Origin: the human T2T-CHM13v2.0 reference genome, Homo sapiens
Assembly: GCF_009914755.1 (NCBI RefSeq)
Contig: NC_060929.1
Direction: 5' to 3' (one strand)
DNA length: 64,000 nt
The notes beneath the pieces were generated by a model, which was given only the letters and a program-made list of their open reading frames with translations, was not told the origin of the DNA and did no database searches. The position numbers were made by a program, and so were the translations under genes. Below are positions 1 through 11,794 of the stretch, piece by piece. Within the stretch, counting starts at the first letter, position 1. Every line of letters begins with the position of its first letter.

Positions 1-2339
1 GATTATTTAGGTAAGATGTAACCATTCAACAATCTGGAGTTAATATTATTGTACATTACTATTGTAAAAATAAAGAGTTATTTTTAACTTAAAATGCCTT
101 AAATAGGGTTAGATAAGAGCATCTTGAAAGGCAGAACAGAATAAATGACAACATAGTAGCTGGAAAGAAGTAGAAATGGCTTAGTTCAGAAGTGTTTATA
201 TTTTTGTTTTTCTCTTATCCTCTTGTATTTAATGGAATAGAGAGTATACAGGATGCAATGAAAGATACATCAACACCGATTCAGAAGAAATGAAAACAAA
301 GCAATTAGTCACAATAATATAACACAATTCTACATCATGGAAAATTTGGAGCTGGAAACGTGGCAGAGACATCAGGTAATGAAACCATTTTCCATAGCCT
401 CAGTGGACGTTAGAATGCTGTTAGATATTTATAAACGTATGTTTTGCCTGGAAGGAGTCTCCGTTTTCGACAAATATTCTGAAGTATATACATACAATAA
501 ATGTGTTAATCATTTTTTTTCAGCCCTTCTCATTAACCTTTCCTCTACAGAGTACTGAATTGACCCATCTAATTTATTTTCCTCCACAGTCACTCAAGAA
601 GCATTCTTCCATTTCTTGGCTAGTAATTTGGACTTTTTTGATGTCTAGGCAGTAGGATAAGAGGTTAATTTGAAAGAGAAGGACGGCATTAAGGCTAGAG
701 CTCAGACAGAATTGATTTTGAGAATGTTTTATAAAGTTATAGAATAAGGTATATGAAAAAGTAGATGGTGGAATCATTATTACGGCAGGCTATGTATGTT
801 GCCTTTTCACCACCTAAACAATCAAAAACAGTATTCATTTTTTTCTCTAAATTGCATTTTGGTGGTAAATGGGATGTGTTTTTAACCAAGAAGCACTCTG
901 ACATAGAAAAAGAAATGTGATGTCCTGTTTTCAATAGGAAATGTATACAGTATGCACATATATTTGTGTATTCTTCTGAAATCAGTTTATCTTTATATCC
1001 ATATTTACATCCTTAAACATATCAATATTTTATACCTCTGACACAGTTTGAAAGTGATTAAAGTTTGCAGCACGTATAGTTTATTGGGTTGCAACTATAA
1101 AATAATTATTTTCAGATTTGTAAGATGACGATAAAAAATGTAATGCATGTTTATAAAATGTTCACCGTAAATTAGGCCCTTTACTTACATTCCTTTCACT
1201 TCTTTATAATAACTAATAATATTGCCTTCATTTAAGTGGCTCACACATAGTGTGTGACTCACTCACTATTTGTATTCCTGTGTGAAGTACAAATATATAT
1301 ATATATGTTAACTTCCCAAATAAAATATTTCATTGAGAGAAGATAGTGAATTAAATGGATTTTTTATTACAGGCAACATCTAAGCTAGCAAAAACAGGAT
1401 GAGTAATTGATTAAACTGTTTGATTCCTTAAGAAAAAGTATGCATGCAAGTACAGTACCTTATTCTCCATAGTTTTTAACATTCGTATCCAGTAAAACTT
1501 CAAATCTTATTTATAAGGAAGTAGATTAGAAACCTTTAATATATTGTAGGTATTCTTTAAAAATCAATTCTTCCTCCTTCACTTTCCCTCCAAAACAAAC
1601 TTTGATTTGCAAAACTTAGTAATAAGTAATCACCATTTATTTGCTGCTATGAAAAATAACTAAAAATATGATATTTTGACCTTTTAAAATATCAAATCAT
1701 TTATTCTAACCTTTCAGAAATCAAATTTGTCACACTATATTTGAAAAATAACATAGAACTATAATTTCAGTTACATTTATTGTACACTCTGAATCTCATT
1801 TCAAGAGAAAATTAACTAATGTGGGAGTAAACACTGCCTACTACTGCCCTAAGTTTAACCTCTTTTGATATATTCATCAATCTGTTAATTATTATTCATC
1901 AAAAGTACTGTGTGATTAGAGAGATTAGAAAAATAGGGCCAGAGAACCCACAATAGCAGCAATAGAGACAACAGCAGTAAGATCACCAGCTGTTACTACC
2001 CCTGCTATAATTTATATTTGTGATTCTGAAAATAACAGAGAAGCTTACAAAAAAGCAGAGAGATGTAACTGTGGTGAATTTATTTTTCAAGAGTAGATTT
2101 TTCATCTTTAGAAAAAATAGATTTTGCTTAGATTGAAAGAAGAAAAATGTAAGTGAATAATGAATAAAATATGGATGCAGTTAAATTAAACAAGCCCTTA
2201 AGGTGAACCAATTCCATCCTAACTTAAAAATCTTTACTAGGTTTGTTTGCCTGTCCTACTACAGGACCAAGTAATAACATGAACCAACAAATATTATATT
2301 TTAATAATTATAATGAGAAAACCTCTTACCCTATTTCAC

Positions 2340-3075
2340 ATACGTTGGTGTGCTATGTGTGGATCAGCTTGATCTTTCCCGTGCTTTTTAAGCCTTTTTT
2401 ACAGTGGCTCTAGAGTATTTCTTCCTTTAGAGTTAGTTTAGTCTAGTGTGGGTCTAGACTAGTCTTTTTACAGTGGGTCTAGAGTAGTCTTTCCTTTAGA
2501 GTTAGTTTAGTCCCTGTAACATGATGAAGCCCTTTGGAAGCATCTACTAAGTGCCCCAAATACGCCACAATGTTTTTCTACTCTAGGTAATAAATCAAAA
2601 TGATTCACAGCCCTGGGGTGCTCAGGGAATTTTCCAGCTTATGGCTTCCCAGACATTGTCTTTTTCATTGTAGTTGTGCTTTGTCTGGCCTCCTAAAGTT
2701 AAACTTAATGAATGTAGAGATTGATATTCAGACAAAGATAGTGGAGGCTTTTAAGCAGATTCAAGTTATTTCCCTGCATTGATCTCTCCAGTACTCTGCC
2801 CCAACAATTCCAGTTGCCACACCCTCCTTTAAATGAAATTTAGGTCTCTTTACCTTGCCAAAATTACTCATCTCCTCTTGCCATGACCATGCAATTATCT
2901 CCAGGCAGAAAGCCAGGGTGATGGGAGGGCTTATCTCATAGTTGTCCTCCTCTCAGAGATCACTCCTGCCCTGCCGGTTGTCAAATACCTAAAAGCAATG
3001 GTCTTATCTATTTTCTCCAGTTTTATAGTTGTTTCATGTGTGAGGGCAAGTCCCATACAATTACTCCTTCATAGA
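2340..3075 (-). mobile_element. Ancient L1M (L1ME-type) 5' region fragment
   Basis: Motifs 'ctctgccccaacaattccag', 'ctccaggcagaaagccaggg' and 'tgagggcaagtcccatacaattactcc' resemble recalled antisense L1ME 5' consensus; highly diverged. Confidence 0.5.
2396..2512. repeat. 48-bp direct duplication with a partial-copy spacer
   Basis: tttttacagtggctctagagtatttcttcctttagagttagtttagtc (2396-2443) recurs nearly identically at 2465-2512. Confidence 0.9.
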
Positions 3076-3769
3076 TGAAAATTTGGCCGTGGCCTGGGTT
3101 CTCCAGTACCTGCCTGCAGCTCGTCGGTTTCACTGTTTTAGCAGCTGTGCTTCATGAGTCTTACAGTCCCAAGGTCCCAGCCTTCTACCAGCATTTTAAT
3201 TGACATATTCACCAAGTCAAAGAGGCTTCAGAAGGCAGATAAACTCTTAGACATATTTTTCTCTGATTTCTTAATTCTTTAAGTTCCACTGCCTCCATAG
3301 TTCTTTGGCTTCAAATGCCTGAATTTTATGTAAATATTTTACTTTTTTTTTTACTCTTAACCCTTGGTCTTCCTTTAGCTATTCCATTTCACTTGAAAGC
3401 AGTTCTTTTCTCTATTTTCAAACTAACTTCCCATCCTCTGGAATTTAACCAGACTTATTTTTCACAACCTCATTAAACCTAGGAAAACACTGTGTATAAT
3501 TGAATGAACATTTTACAAATGTGTAAGAAATAAACTATATTATTATAGTTGTGGGCATTTGGAAAAGGAAATAAATTAGTTAATATTGTACACATGGACT
3601 ATATATATACATATCTTTTTACTATTTAACTTTTTACAACAAACACATTATTTTATTAAATAGGTGCTTTTAAAATCCAATAAAATAAATTGCAAATAAT
3701 AATTGACAGCATATTACCTATGGATAAATTCTAAGCTTCATAAGTATCACCCAGTTAACACTTGGTGTG

Positions 3770-4140
3770 GCTGGTCAGTCTCTCTCCAGTGTCACCTCTG
3801 ACTACATTCTGCCTCCAACTTTGCACTCCAGAAACAAGAAAACAATTCTAATGTCTTGCATGTGGCATATGAATTATTGCTTGTGCTCTCCCCTAATCCT
3901 CTAATGTATGTTCAAAAGCAATCTCTGCTTAAAGTTTCTCTCCCATCGCACTAAGTCTGGGCCATTTTTACAAAATTTATCACTATCAAAACTATCAGAT
4001 TGCTTTTTTTTTTCTAGCATGTGTTTAAGCTACCCAGTGTTAGTAATAGTGGGCATCTTTTAACTTTAATATTTGAGAATCACTGTAGCTAGTCTTATCT
4101 CTTGCAGATATTAGGGAGGCATTTTGTGGAATTGAGTTAA
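3770..4140 (+). mobile_element. L2 LINE 3' fragment
   Basis: Pyrimidine-rich degenerate L2 3' pattern ending in 'attttgtggaattgagttaat'. Confidence 0.35.
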
Positions 4141-4876
4141 TTTACAATAATCAAAATCCTTGTAATTCCCATGTAAATAATACTTTGATGGTGAAAGAAA
4201 TAGTTATATACAGAAAAAAATAGGTGTTAGAATAAAGCATCTTGGCTCCCATATTTGCCTGAAGAACAGCCTCTGATATATAAAAGTATATTGATATGTT
4301 GTAATTTATTTTCGTAAATTCCCAATTTCCTCCAAAGATATGATTTAGATACTGTGAAGAATATAGTCTCTAGGGTCTATTGAGCAGACATTATGGGATT
4401 ATGTATTTCTTAAAAATAACACTCAAATATAATTGTAGTAGAAATTGGAAAGTTGAAAAAGTAATTAGACTAACATAATTACTTTGAACATAATCTCATC
4501 GCATTTGGGAAAATACAGACTCTATGAAACAATAATTCATATGCTGTATTTATTTTCTAAATAGACTATCAGTTTATACAGAATGAGTATGATTTACGTA
4601 TTTTGAAGGCAGTGCTTGCCATCAACAGTGTCTATATAGCACCTTGAATACCAATCACTTTATGCGAGTTTAAATAGATTGTGGTTTAATTAACTTTCTG
4701 CCTAGCTAAGTTTAGCTTTTCTAAACTAAACCAATTTAGAAAATACTGGGTCTTAGCCACTGCCAAGGACCTCAATTATATCAGTTGTTTGTTACTCCGT
4801 AATATTTGAAATTTGGGAGATCTATGGTTTATATTCATAAATGTCCAAATTTATTGCAACGATAAACACTTTTAAA

Positions 4877-5096
4877 TATTATTATTATTATTTGAGATGG
4901 GGTCTCCCTTTGTCACCCAGGCTGGAGTGTAGTGGTGCGATCACGACTCACTGCATCCTTGCCCTCCTTAGGCTCAGGTGATCCTCCCACCTCAGCCTCC
5001 CAAGTAGCTGGTTCTACAGGCATGTGCCACCACACCAGGTGAATTTTTGCATTTTTTTAGAGACAGGGTCTCCTCATGTTACCCAGGTTAGTCTCT
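4877..5096 (-). mobile_element. AluJ, 5'-truncated
   Basis: (TTA)n tail then 'gagatggggtctccctttgtcacccaggctggagtg...ggctcaggtgatcctcccacctcagcctccc' (J-type diagnostic); breaks off within the left arm. Confidence 0.9.
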
Positions 5097-6170
5097 AAGG
5101 GTCATGAAGAAAACAGAAATAGAAATGTGTTGTTATTATTTTTTAACCTTGTATTAATTTAAAGCTGTCTAAACATGGTTAATATTGAAAAACCAATTTA
5201 ATTTGTTCATTTTATCAAGAAAAATATGCTACAATTAATAAAAATAGTTTATTACACATGAAGGAAGATTCAAGTTATTACAATTATAGAATTATGAAAA
5301 ATTCAAAAATTATAAAATTAGATTAGATGATACCTTTCTAACATCCATTAACATTTCCTTATTTATATATATTACATAAACATTACATAAAATATGTAAT
5401 AACAAAAAATATATATATTTCTGTATGTTAAATGCTTCATATCAGAAAGATTTTAAAATAGCTTTTGGGTGACAGAGAGAAATTTTGAAGACAGGCTACT
5501 TAGGAGAGCTAATTATTTAACAGACAATTGCATGATGCAAAGGACTAAGATAGTAAGAGATCTGTGGAAGAGTGAGAAAGTAGGAAGTCTTTCATAAAAA
5601 AACAGCAAGTCACTGGGACAACCGTTTGCTTGCATATTCCATAAACACATACCAAAATCTCTACAAAAAATGATTGTATTTTAGCTACAAAAGTTTTTTT
5701 TTCCTTCTAACTAGCCAGATATTTTCTCTTTAGTTGTACTTTGTGTTTATATTTTATCAAAGTCTAATTTCCTTCGGTCCCTGAGCTTTTCAAATGAAGT
5801 ATACTGCCTTCATTTATCTCTCAGGTCACCACATTTAATGGTGGACAAAATTTATACTACCATCTGATAATATCTGCAATCTACCTTATCCTTCAATCTC
5901 ATCAAAGACCTGTTGACTCTCTCATTTTATTTTACTTTCAACTATCTAAACTACAATTTACTTAAAGAGAGAATTTAAATGTAAATTTCTTTTTTTTCAT
6001 GAATTTTTTAATTTTGGACACTTCTTATCTCTGAAGGCCTATCTCTCACGGTGTTTCACAGGAGTGACCAAGATGTCCAGGATAAAATAGTATGTTCTTA
6101 TTGTTCATTAGGATAGTTGGATTTAGAAATGGGTGCATGTATCAAAACAAAAATGTCTAAGCAGTGTAAT

Positions 6171-6352
6171 TCCCGAGTTCAAGCGATTCTCCTGCCTCAG
6201 CCTCCCGAGTAGCTGGGATTACAGGCGCATGCCATCATGCCCAGCTAATTTTTTCTACTTTTAGTAGAGACGGGGTTTCACCATCCTTGTGATCTGCCTG
6301 CTTTGGCCTCCCAAAGTTCTGGGATTAGAGGCGTGAGCCACCACACCTGGCC
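6171..6352 (-). mobile_element. AluS fragment, 3'-truncated with an internal deletion
   Basis: Starts mid right arm 'tcccgagttcaagcgattctcctgcctcagcc', ends 'gagccaccacacctggcc'; B-box region missing at 'caccat|ccttgtgatc'. Confidence 0.9.
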
Positions 6353-6369
6353 AGATTTTACATTAATTA

Positions 6370-6525
6370 AAATATTTTATCTTAATAAAAACCCTATGAT
6401 GTGCATCTAATTATTATCACTATTATAGGTATCTATAATGAAATATAGAGACATCTTTCAAGCAGCAAGGTGTCTGATATCAATTCATGTAGTTTGGCTC
6501 CTGAGTCTGCATACTTAATTACTTT
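6370..6525 (-). mobile_element. MIR SINE fragment
   Basis: 'aaaccctatgatgtg...attatcactattatagg' and 'tttggctcctgagtctgcatacttaattact' match antisense MIR. Confidence 0.45.
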
Positions 6526-6919
6526 CTCTGCAGCCTTTAATATCATCGATATATATCTTTGGTCAATATAATTAAACTATTTTTCTCTTTCTAGTTATTC
6601 ATTACAAAACATCACCGGAGTTTTTTCTGTGAATATTGGCCACACTCTAAATTTGCATACCTTCAATGAAGTATGAATTTTTCTCATCTAATCTACCTTA
6701 TTATGGTAAATGTCTTTGCCCTTTCTACATCAGGGTTGTGACTTCAGCTGAAAAACAAGGTGCTGTGATTTATCCCAAAACCATTGATAACCTTAACAAT
6801 CATTACAATTTTCAATAGTTATAAATATCATCCAGAAGAAACCTTATAGATATATTCTACTCATTTATGCCATCACAAATAGTAGAAAGACGAACATGTC
6901 CAACATGTTTAGTGTGGCT

Positions 6920-7740
6920 GGTGACTCAAGTGAGATGGTAAGACAACTAATCTTTGAATCTAGTAGTTTGGAGACCATTGACGATATTGATAAAAGCTAA
7001 TTTGGTTGACCATTGGAGACAGACCATAAACAGAGTGAGTTCAAGAGCAAATTAGAAGAGAGGAATCAGAGACAACAGAAAAACAAAACAAAACAAAACA
7101 CCACATCTAAGGAACTGAGCTGCAATATGAAGAAATCAAACTTGGTTTCTGGAGGGTAAAGTGTAATTGAAAAAGATTATTTGTTTTAATGACAGTACAT
7201 ATGTACGTTGATTGGTACAATCTAATAAAAAGATGAAAAGTAATGGTGTAAAACTAAGAAGGCTTAATTGCTGAAACCATATTTTTGACTAGACAAGAGG
7301 TGAAGGGTTTTAACTGCACGAAATAAAAGGTTGACCATAGCTAGATGCATTGCCAGTTTATTCTCAACAAAAGAAAGAGCACAGCATGAAAGTACTGGTC
7401 CCAAATCAAAGTACTTTTGCAGTACTTGTGGTGGCAATGTGTGGAGTTCTTATTTGATTGTTTATATTTTTTCAGAGAAATAGAATGTGATGAGCTACTA
7501 GGAGAAATGTTGTGGAAGAAATATTAGATGTTTGAGGAAATAAAAGAAATAGTCAAAGATTGTGGGGAGATGAATGGATTAAGCAAATATGATGTGACTT
7601 TTGGACAGCATTATAATCTCATCAAGGGTTAGAATCAAGAATTTAAAATGAGAATAGCCAGCAGAGATCTGTATTTTTCTCTAGCCACATTGCTCTGTAT
7701 GTGTATAGACATGAAGGAAGATATGAAGTGGATACTGTTA
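6920..7740 (-). mobile_element. L2 LINE ORF2 remnant
   Basis: 'ggagaccattgacgatattgataaaagc...agagtgagttcaagagcaaattagaagagagg' resembles the antisense L2 RT region. Confidence 0.5.
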
Positions 7741-7784
7741 GACTTTCAGATATCTATAATCTGTGCTGATGCCTAAAAATTTAA

Positions 7785-7980
7785 TAATCATAGCTTTAAA
7801 AAATTGTACTTACCAAGTAAATTTTCCAAAAACTTTACCTATATAAATCCTTTAATCTTCAAAGCAACCCATTAGGTTGACAAGATTATTTCTCTTAATT
7901 TTACATGAATAAGATGACATGAGTAGGTTAAAAAACATGCCCAAATCACACAGCTAATAGAGACAGAACATAACTTTTAA
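7785..7980 (-). mobile_element. MIR SINE
   Basis: 'tttaatcttcaaagcaacccattagg...attttacatg...aggttaaaaaacatgcccaaatcacacagctaatag' is the antisense MIR core. Confidence 0.7.
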
Positions 7981-8523
7981 ACTATACGCTGTTATATTAC
8001 CTATTTTTATATTGTTTTACTTTCTCATCTTTTGTTAATAATATCTTGAAGCATCAGCTTTTTAGGGGTATTAGTACTGCTGTTAGGCCTGTCTAAAGTC
8101 CAACTTATCAATCTTGCCAAATTATATATGGGAAACAAAAGGACTGTCACTTTTGGTAATGATCTTTTGTTAAACCCAGTGACTTGTCTTTATTGTTGTC
8201 AGAAGAAGAGAAAGAATAATAAAATTTCAGCAACAATTCTTAATATTTTATAAAGAATCACTGATTTTGATAGAACCTCAGTAGGCAAAGGAAAATGTGT
8301 GGTTTCATGATCTATAATATATCACTCTGTATTAATTTTGTAGTTACCTTTTTCACAACTTGTTTTCAGGCTGTTCCACATTAGTCTATTTGCTAATGCA
8401 TCCTCATCTTTCTATCCTCTTAACATTGGCATGTCTCAGGATTCAATACTTATACCACTTCTTATTTTTGTCTTCACTTAACCCTTATATGATCTCATTA
8501 AATCTACAGCTTTAAGTGTCATT

Positions 8524-8930
8524 TGTATTAGTTAATCAAGTGTATTAAACCCTGGTTCTAACGTCCTAACACAGCACACTCTTACTCTCCTTTCTCATCT
8601 AACACATGCAATACAGGTTAATAGATTGTGTCTGCTTATTGAAGATACTGCTTATTGAAGTGTAGGTTTATTCACTATCTCAAAACCATCATCTCAGAAT
8701 GAGGCTTTAAGGGTGTGTCAAAGCATGGGAATATAACATGAAGAATTATGTTCTGACTTGGATTGCTTCTAACCAAAGGTGACACATATAAGTTCCATTC
8801 AAATATTGTTAGCTAACAGAAGTCATGTGGACATATCTAATTTGAAGTCAGCAAGTAGTATTATCCCTTATGTTTAGGGAGGGGAAGAGAACTGGAAATA
8901 TTGGTAAATATTAGTAATGCTTACCATGTC
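8524..8930 (-). mobile_element. Old MaLR solo LTR (MLT1J/K/L-like)
   Basis: Begins 'tgtattagtt'; ends 'gaagtcatgtggacatatctaa...gagaactggaaatattggtaaatattagtaatgcttaccat', typical antisense MLT1 start. Confidence 0.55.
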
Positions 8931-8990
8931 CAGATAAATAGTAATAACTTGTGAATTTGTATCTTTAGACTTGACTTTTACATGTAACTC

Positions 8991-9304
8991 TTTTTGTTTG
9001 TTTGTTTTGAGACAGAGTCTCACTCTGTAGCCCAAGCTGGAGTGCAGTGGTGTGATCTCGGCTCATTGCAACCTTCACCCTTGCGTTCAAGCGATTCTCC
9101 TGCCTCAGCCTCCCAAGTAGCTGGGAATAGAGGCGTGTGCCACCACACCCAGTTAATTTTTGTGGGGTTTTTTTTTGTATTTTTAGTAGAGATGGGGTTT
9201 CACCATGTTGCCCTAGGTGGTCTCGAACTCCTGAGCTCAGGCAATCCACCAGCCTTGGCCTCCCAAAGTGCTGGGATTACAGGCATGAGCCACCGTGCCC
9301 GGTC
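8991..9304 (-). mobile_element. AluS (Sx/Sz-like), full length
   Basis: (TTTG)n tail, both arms, A-rich linker, ends 'gagccaccgtgcccggtc'. Confidence 0.95.
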
Positions 9305-9766
9305 ATGTGTATTTGAACTCTTATATTCAAATACCTATATACGATCTTTACTTCTGTGTCTAATAAGCATTTAACATTCATAAAACCAAACTTCTGACCT
9401 ATCGTATTACACTTGCTCATCCTATAATTTTCTAAGTCCATTATTCAGGCCAAAAAGATCTTGGATTCCACCCTCTCTTTCATTGTTTCTTACACTCCAT
9501 ATCCAATTCATCATCAAGTACTATTGATTCTGTCTTTAAAATATATCAAAAATGTTACTACTTATTAGCTTCTAATAAGTAACTGGTCAACCTGGTCCAA
9601 ACTACTTTCTCCTCAATTATAGCTAAAGTGATTCTTGGGAAACATAGTAATGTTTTCATATTATACTCAAAGTAAAAGCTAAATACCTCAAAGACCTTAA
9701 AATTTCTCATAAGATATCCCTATGAGTTATAAACCCATCTCTTGTCCTTTTAAAAATGTACTTGTA

Positions 9767-10558
9767 TTTTTTATCCAGTCTACCATTGGCGTGGACCAAT
9801 GGTCCGTGGGCATTTACCAGTCTATGAGCATTTAGGTTGACTCCATGTCTTCGCTATTGTGAATAGTGCTGTGATGAACATAAACATGCATGTGTCTTTA
9901 TGGTAGAATGATTTGTATTCCTTTGGGTATATATGCAATAACATGATTGCTGGGTTGAGTTCTTTGAGAAATCGCCAAGCTGCTTTCCACAGTGGCTAAA
10001 TTAATTAACATTCCCACCAGCAGTGTATAAGTGTTCCCTTTTCTATGCTACCTGGCCGGCAGCTGTTATTTTTTTCTTTTCAGTAATAGCCATTCTGACT
10101 CGTGTGAGATGGCATCTCACTGTGGTTTTGATTTGCACTTCTCTCATGATTAGTGATGTTGAACATTTTTCATATGCTTGTTAGGTACATGTATGTCTTC
10201 TTTTGAAAAGTGTCTGTTTTCCAGGTGTGGTGGCTCACGCCTGTAATCCCAGTGCTTTGGGAGACCAGAGTGAGCAGATCACAAGGTCAGGAGTTTGAGA
10301 CCAGACTGACCAATATGGTGAAACCCCATCTCTACAAAAAATACAAAAAATCTAGCTGGGCATGGTAGTGCACACCTGTAGTCCCAGCTATTCGGGAGGC
10401 TGAGACAGGAGAATTGCTTGAACCCAATGTGGAAGTTGCAGTGAGCCGAGATTGTGCCACTGAACTCCATCCTGGGCAATAGAGGGAAACTCTGTCTCAA
10501 ACAAACAAACAAACAAAAACAAGAAAGAAAAGTGTCGCTTTACGTCCTTTGCCAACTT
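9767..10558 (-). mobile_element. Old L1PA ORF2 C-terminal segment, inverted part of a twin-primed insertion
   Basis: Antisense L1: 'ttccatgtc...gctattgtgaatagtgctg'-type text through 'gtggttttgatttgcacttctctcatgattagtgatgttgaaca'; resumes after the Alu as 'gtcctttgccaacttt'. Confidence 0.85.
10221..10526 (+). mobile_element. AluS, full length, inserted into L1
   Basis: Both arms, (CAAA)n tail, TSD gaaaagtgtctgttt (10205-10219) / gaaaagtgtcgcttt (10527-10541). Confidence 0.95.
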
Positions 10559-10935
10559 TACACCATGAAATATGCAACCATAAAAAGAAGAAGATCATGT
10601 CCTTTGCAGCAACATGAATGGTGCTGGAAGCCATTATCCTAAGCAAACTGACACAGGAATGGAAAACCAAATACTCCATGTTCTTATTTATAAAGTGAAG
10701 CCCAAACGTTGAGTACATATGAACACAAAGAAGGGAACTGACATGGGGGCCTGCTTGAGGGTGGAAGGTGGGAGGTGGATGAGGACCAAAAAATTACCGA
10801 TCAGGTATTACGCTTATTGACTGGGTGACAAAATAATCTATATACCAAACCCCTGTGACATGCAATTTACCTATATAACAAACCTGTACCTGTACCCCTG
10901 AACCTAAAATAAAAGTTAAAAAAAAGAAAAGAAAA
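10559..10935 (+). mobile_element. Old L1PA (PA13-16-like) 3' end with poly(A)
   Basis: 'agatcatgtcctttgcagcaacatg...ctgggtgacaaaataatct...tacccctgaacctaaaataaaagttaaaaaaa'. Confidence 0.9.
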
Positions 10936-11084
10936 TCAACCTGTAATTCTTTCTCTCACTTTTTTGCAGCAACACTGGCCTCCTTGAAGTTTCTTGCACA
11001 CGTCACATCTTGTTTTGAGGCTTTTGAATTATTTTGCTCTCTTTGCCTTTAATAATCTTTACAATGGGTAACTTGACAGTTTCA

Positions 11085-11310
11085 CTACCTTATCCCAATG
11101 ATCAAAGTTAACATCACCAGTAATGAGTAGTGCTGATATCATGTATTCTTTGATAAATAGATTAAGAATTGTATTTCACCTTAGTGGTATTCTTCCTCCA
11201 AAATCCATAATCCTTGTATAATTATGAGAAAATATCACACAAACCCAAATTAAATGACATTTTAGAAAACACTTATGCAGTGCTTTTCAAAAGTATCAAG
11301 ATCATTTTAA
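11085..11310 (+). mobile_element. Ancient L1MC/ME 3' UTR fragment
   Basis: 'tgatcaaagttaacatcaccagtaatg...acaaacccaaattaaatgacatt...ttcaaaagtatcaagatcat'. Confidence 0.6.
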
Positions 11311-11726
11311 AAAGCCTCAGCAAAATAATGTGCAACAGTATCCACATGATTCCGAACACTATCTTTCTCCATTTTCAGATAATATAAAATAATTATTTAA
11401 GTCAAAGCTGGTATTTATGTCTTATAAAAGCATTGTGTGGGTTGCACTAAACAATTTTTTCCTGAATCTGGTAAATTCCTACATGGATGTGTTAAGTACT
11501 ACACTGAAGCACTTTATATTAAATTGACCTGAAAAAAGAAAATAATTGTACATTGCTAATATAAGGAGATTAAATAGGTAAATCGAGTTCTATTTTAGCT
11601 TTTTCAAGTGTTTCTCTACTCTCTTCTTCATTTTGGTAGGGGATTATTCATTCCAATGCTCATACAGAAATTCCTTCTTGCTTTTTTTTCTTTTTGGAGG
11701 TATAAATATATATATTACTTTCGGTG

Positions 11727-11794
11727 CATATATATATATATATATATATATATCTGATATATTCTATACATATATATACACACACACACATATA
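11727..11794. repeat. (TA)n/(CA)n microsatellite
   Basis: Direct reading of the sequence. Confidence 0.9.

Larger units (their letters stand above)
8400..11065 (+). mobile_element. L2 LINE 3' portion, interrupted by MLT1, Alu and L1 insertions
   Basis: 'ctcttaacattggcatgtctcaggattcaatactt...tgatctcattaaatctacagctttaa' (8417-8515); 'atccaattcatcatcaagtactattgattct' (~9500); 'cacactggcctcc'-like 'aacactggcctccttg' (~10970); pieces are colinear with the L2 consensus. Confidence 0.6.

Noticed and set aside
337-934. Three short ORFs in non-repeat sequence
   Set aside because: No recognisable protein similarity or coherent exon structure; lengths are those expected by chance
8965-9374. Overlapping 94-aa and 126-aa ORFs
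   Set aside because: Both are Alu translations; the same applies to the ORFs near 10279, 26486, 26913, 39593, 46707 and 55707
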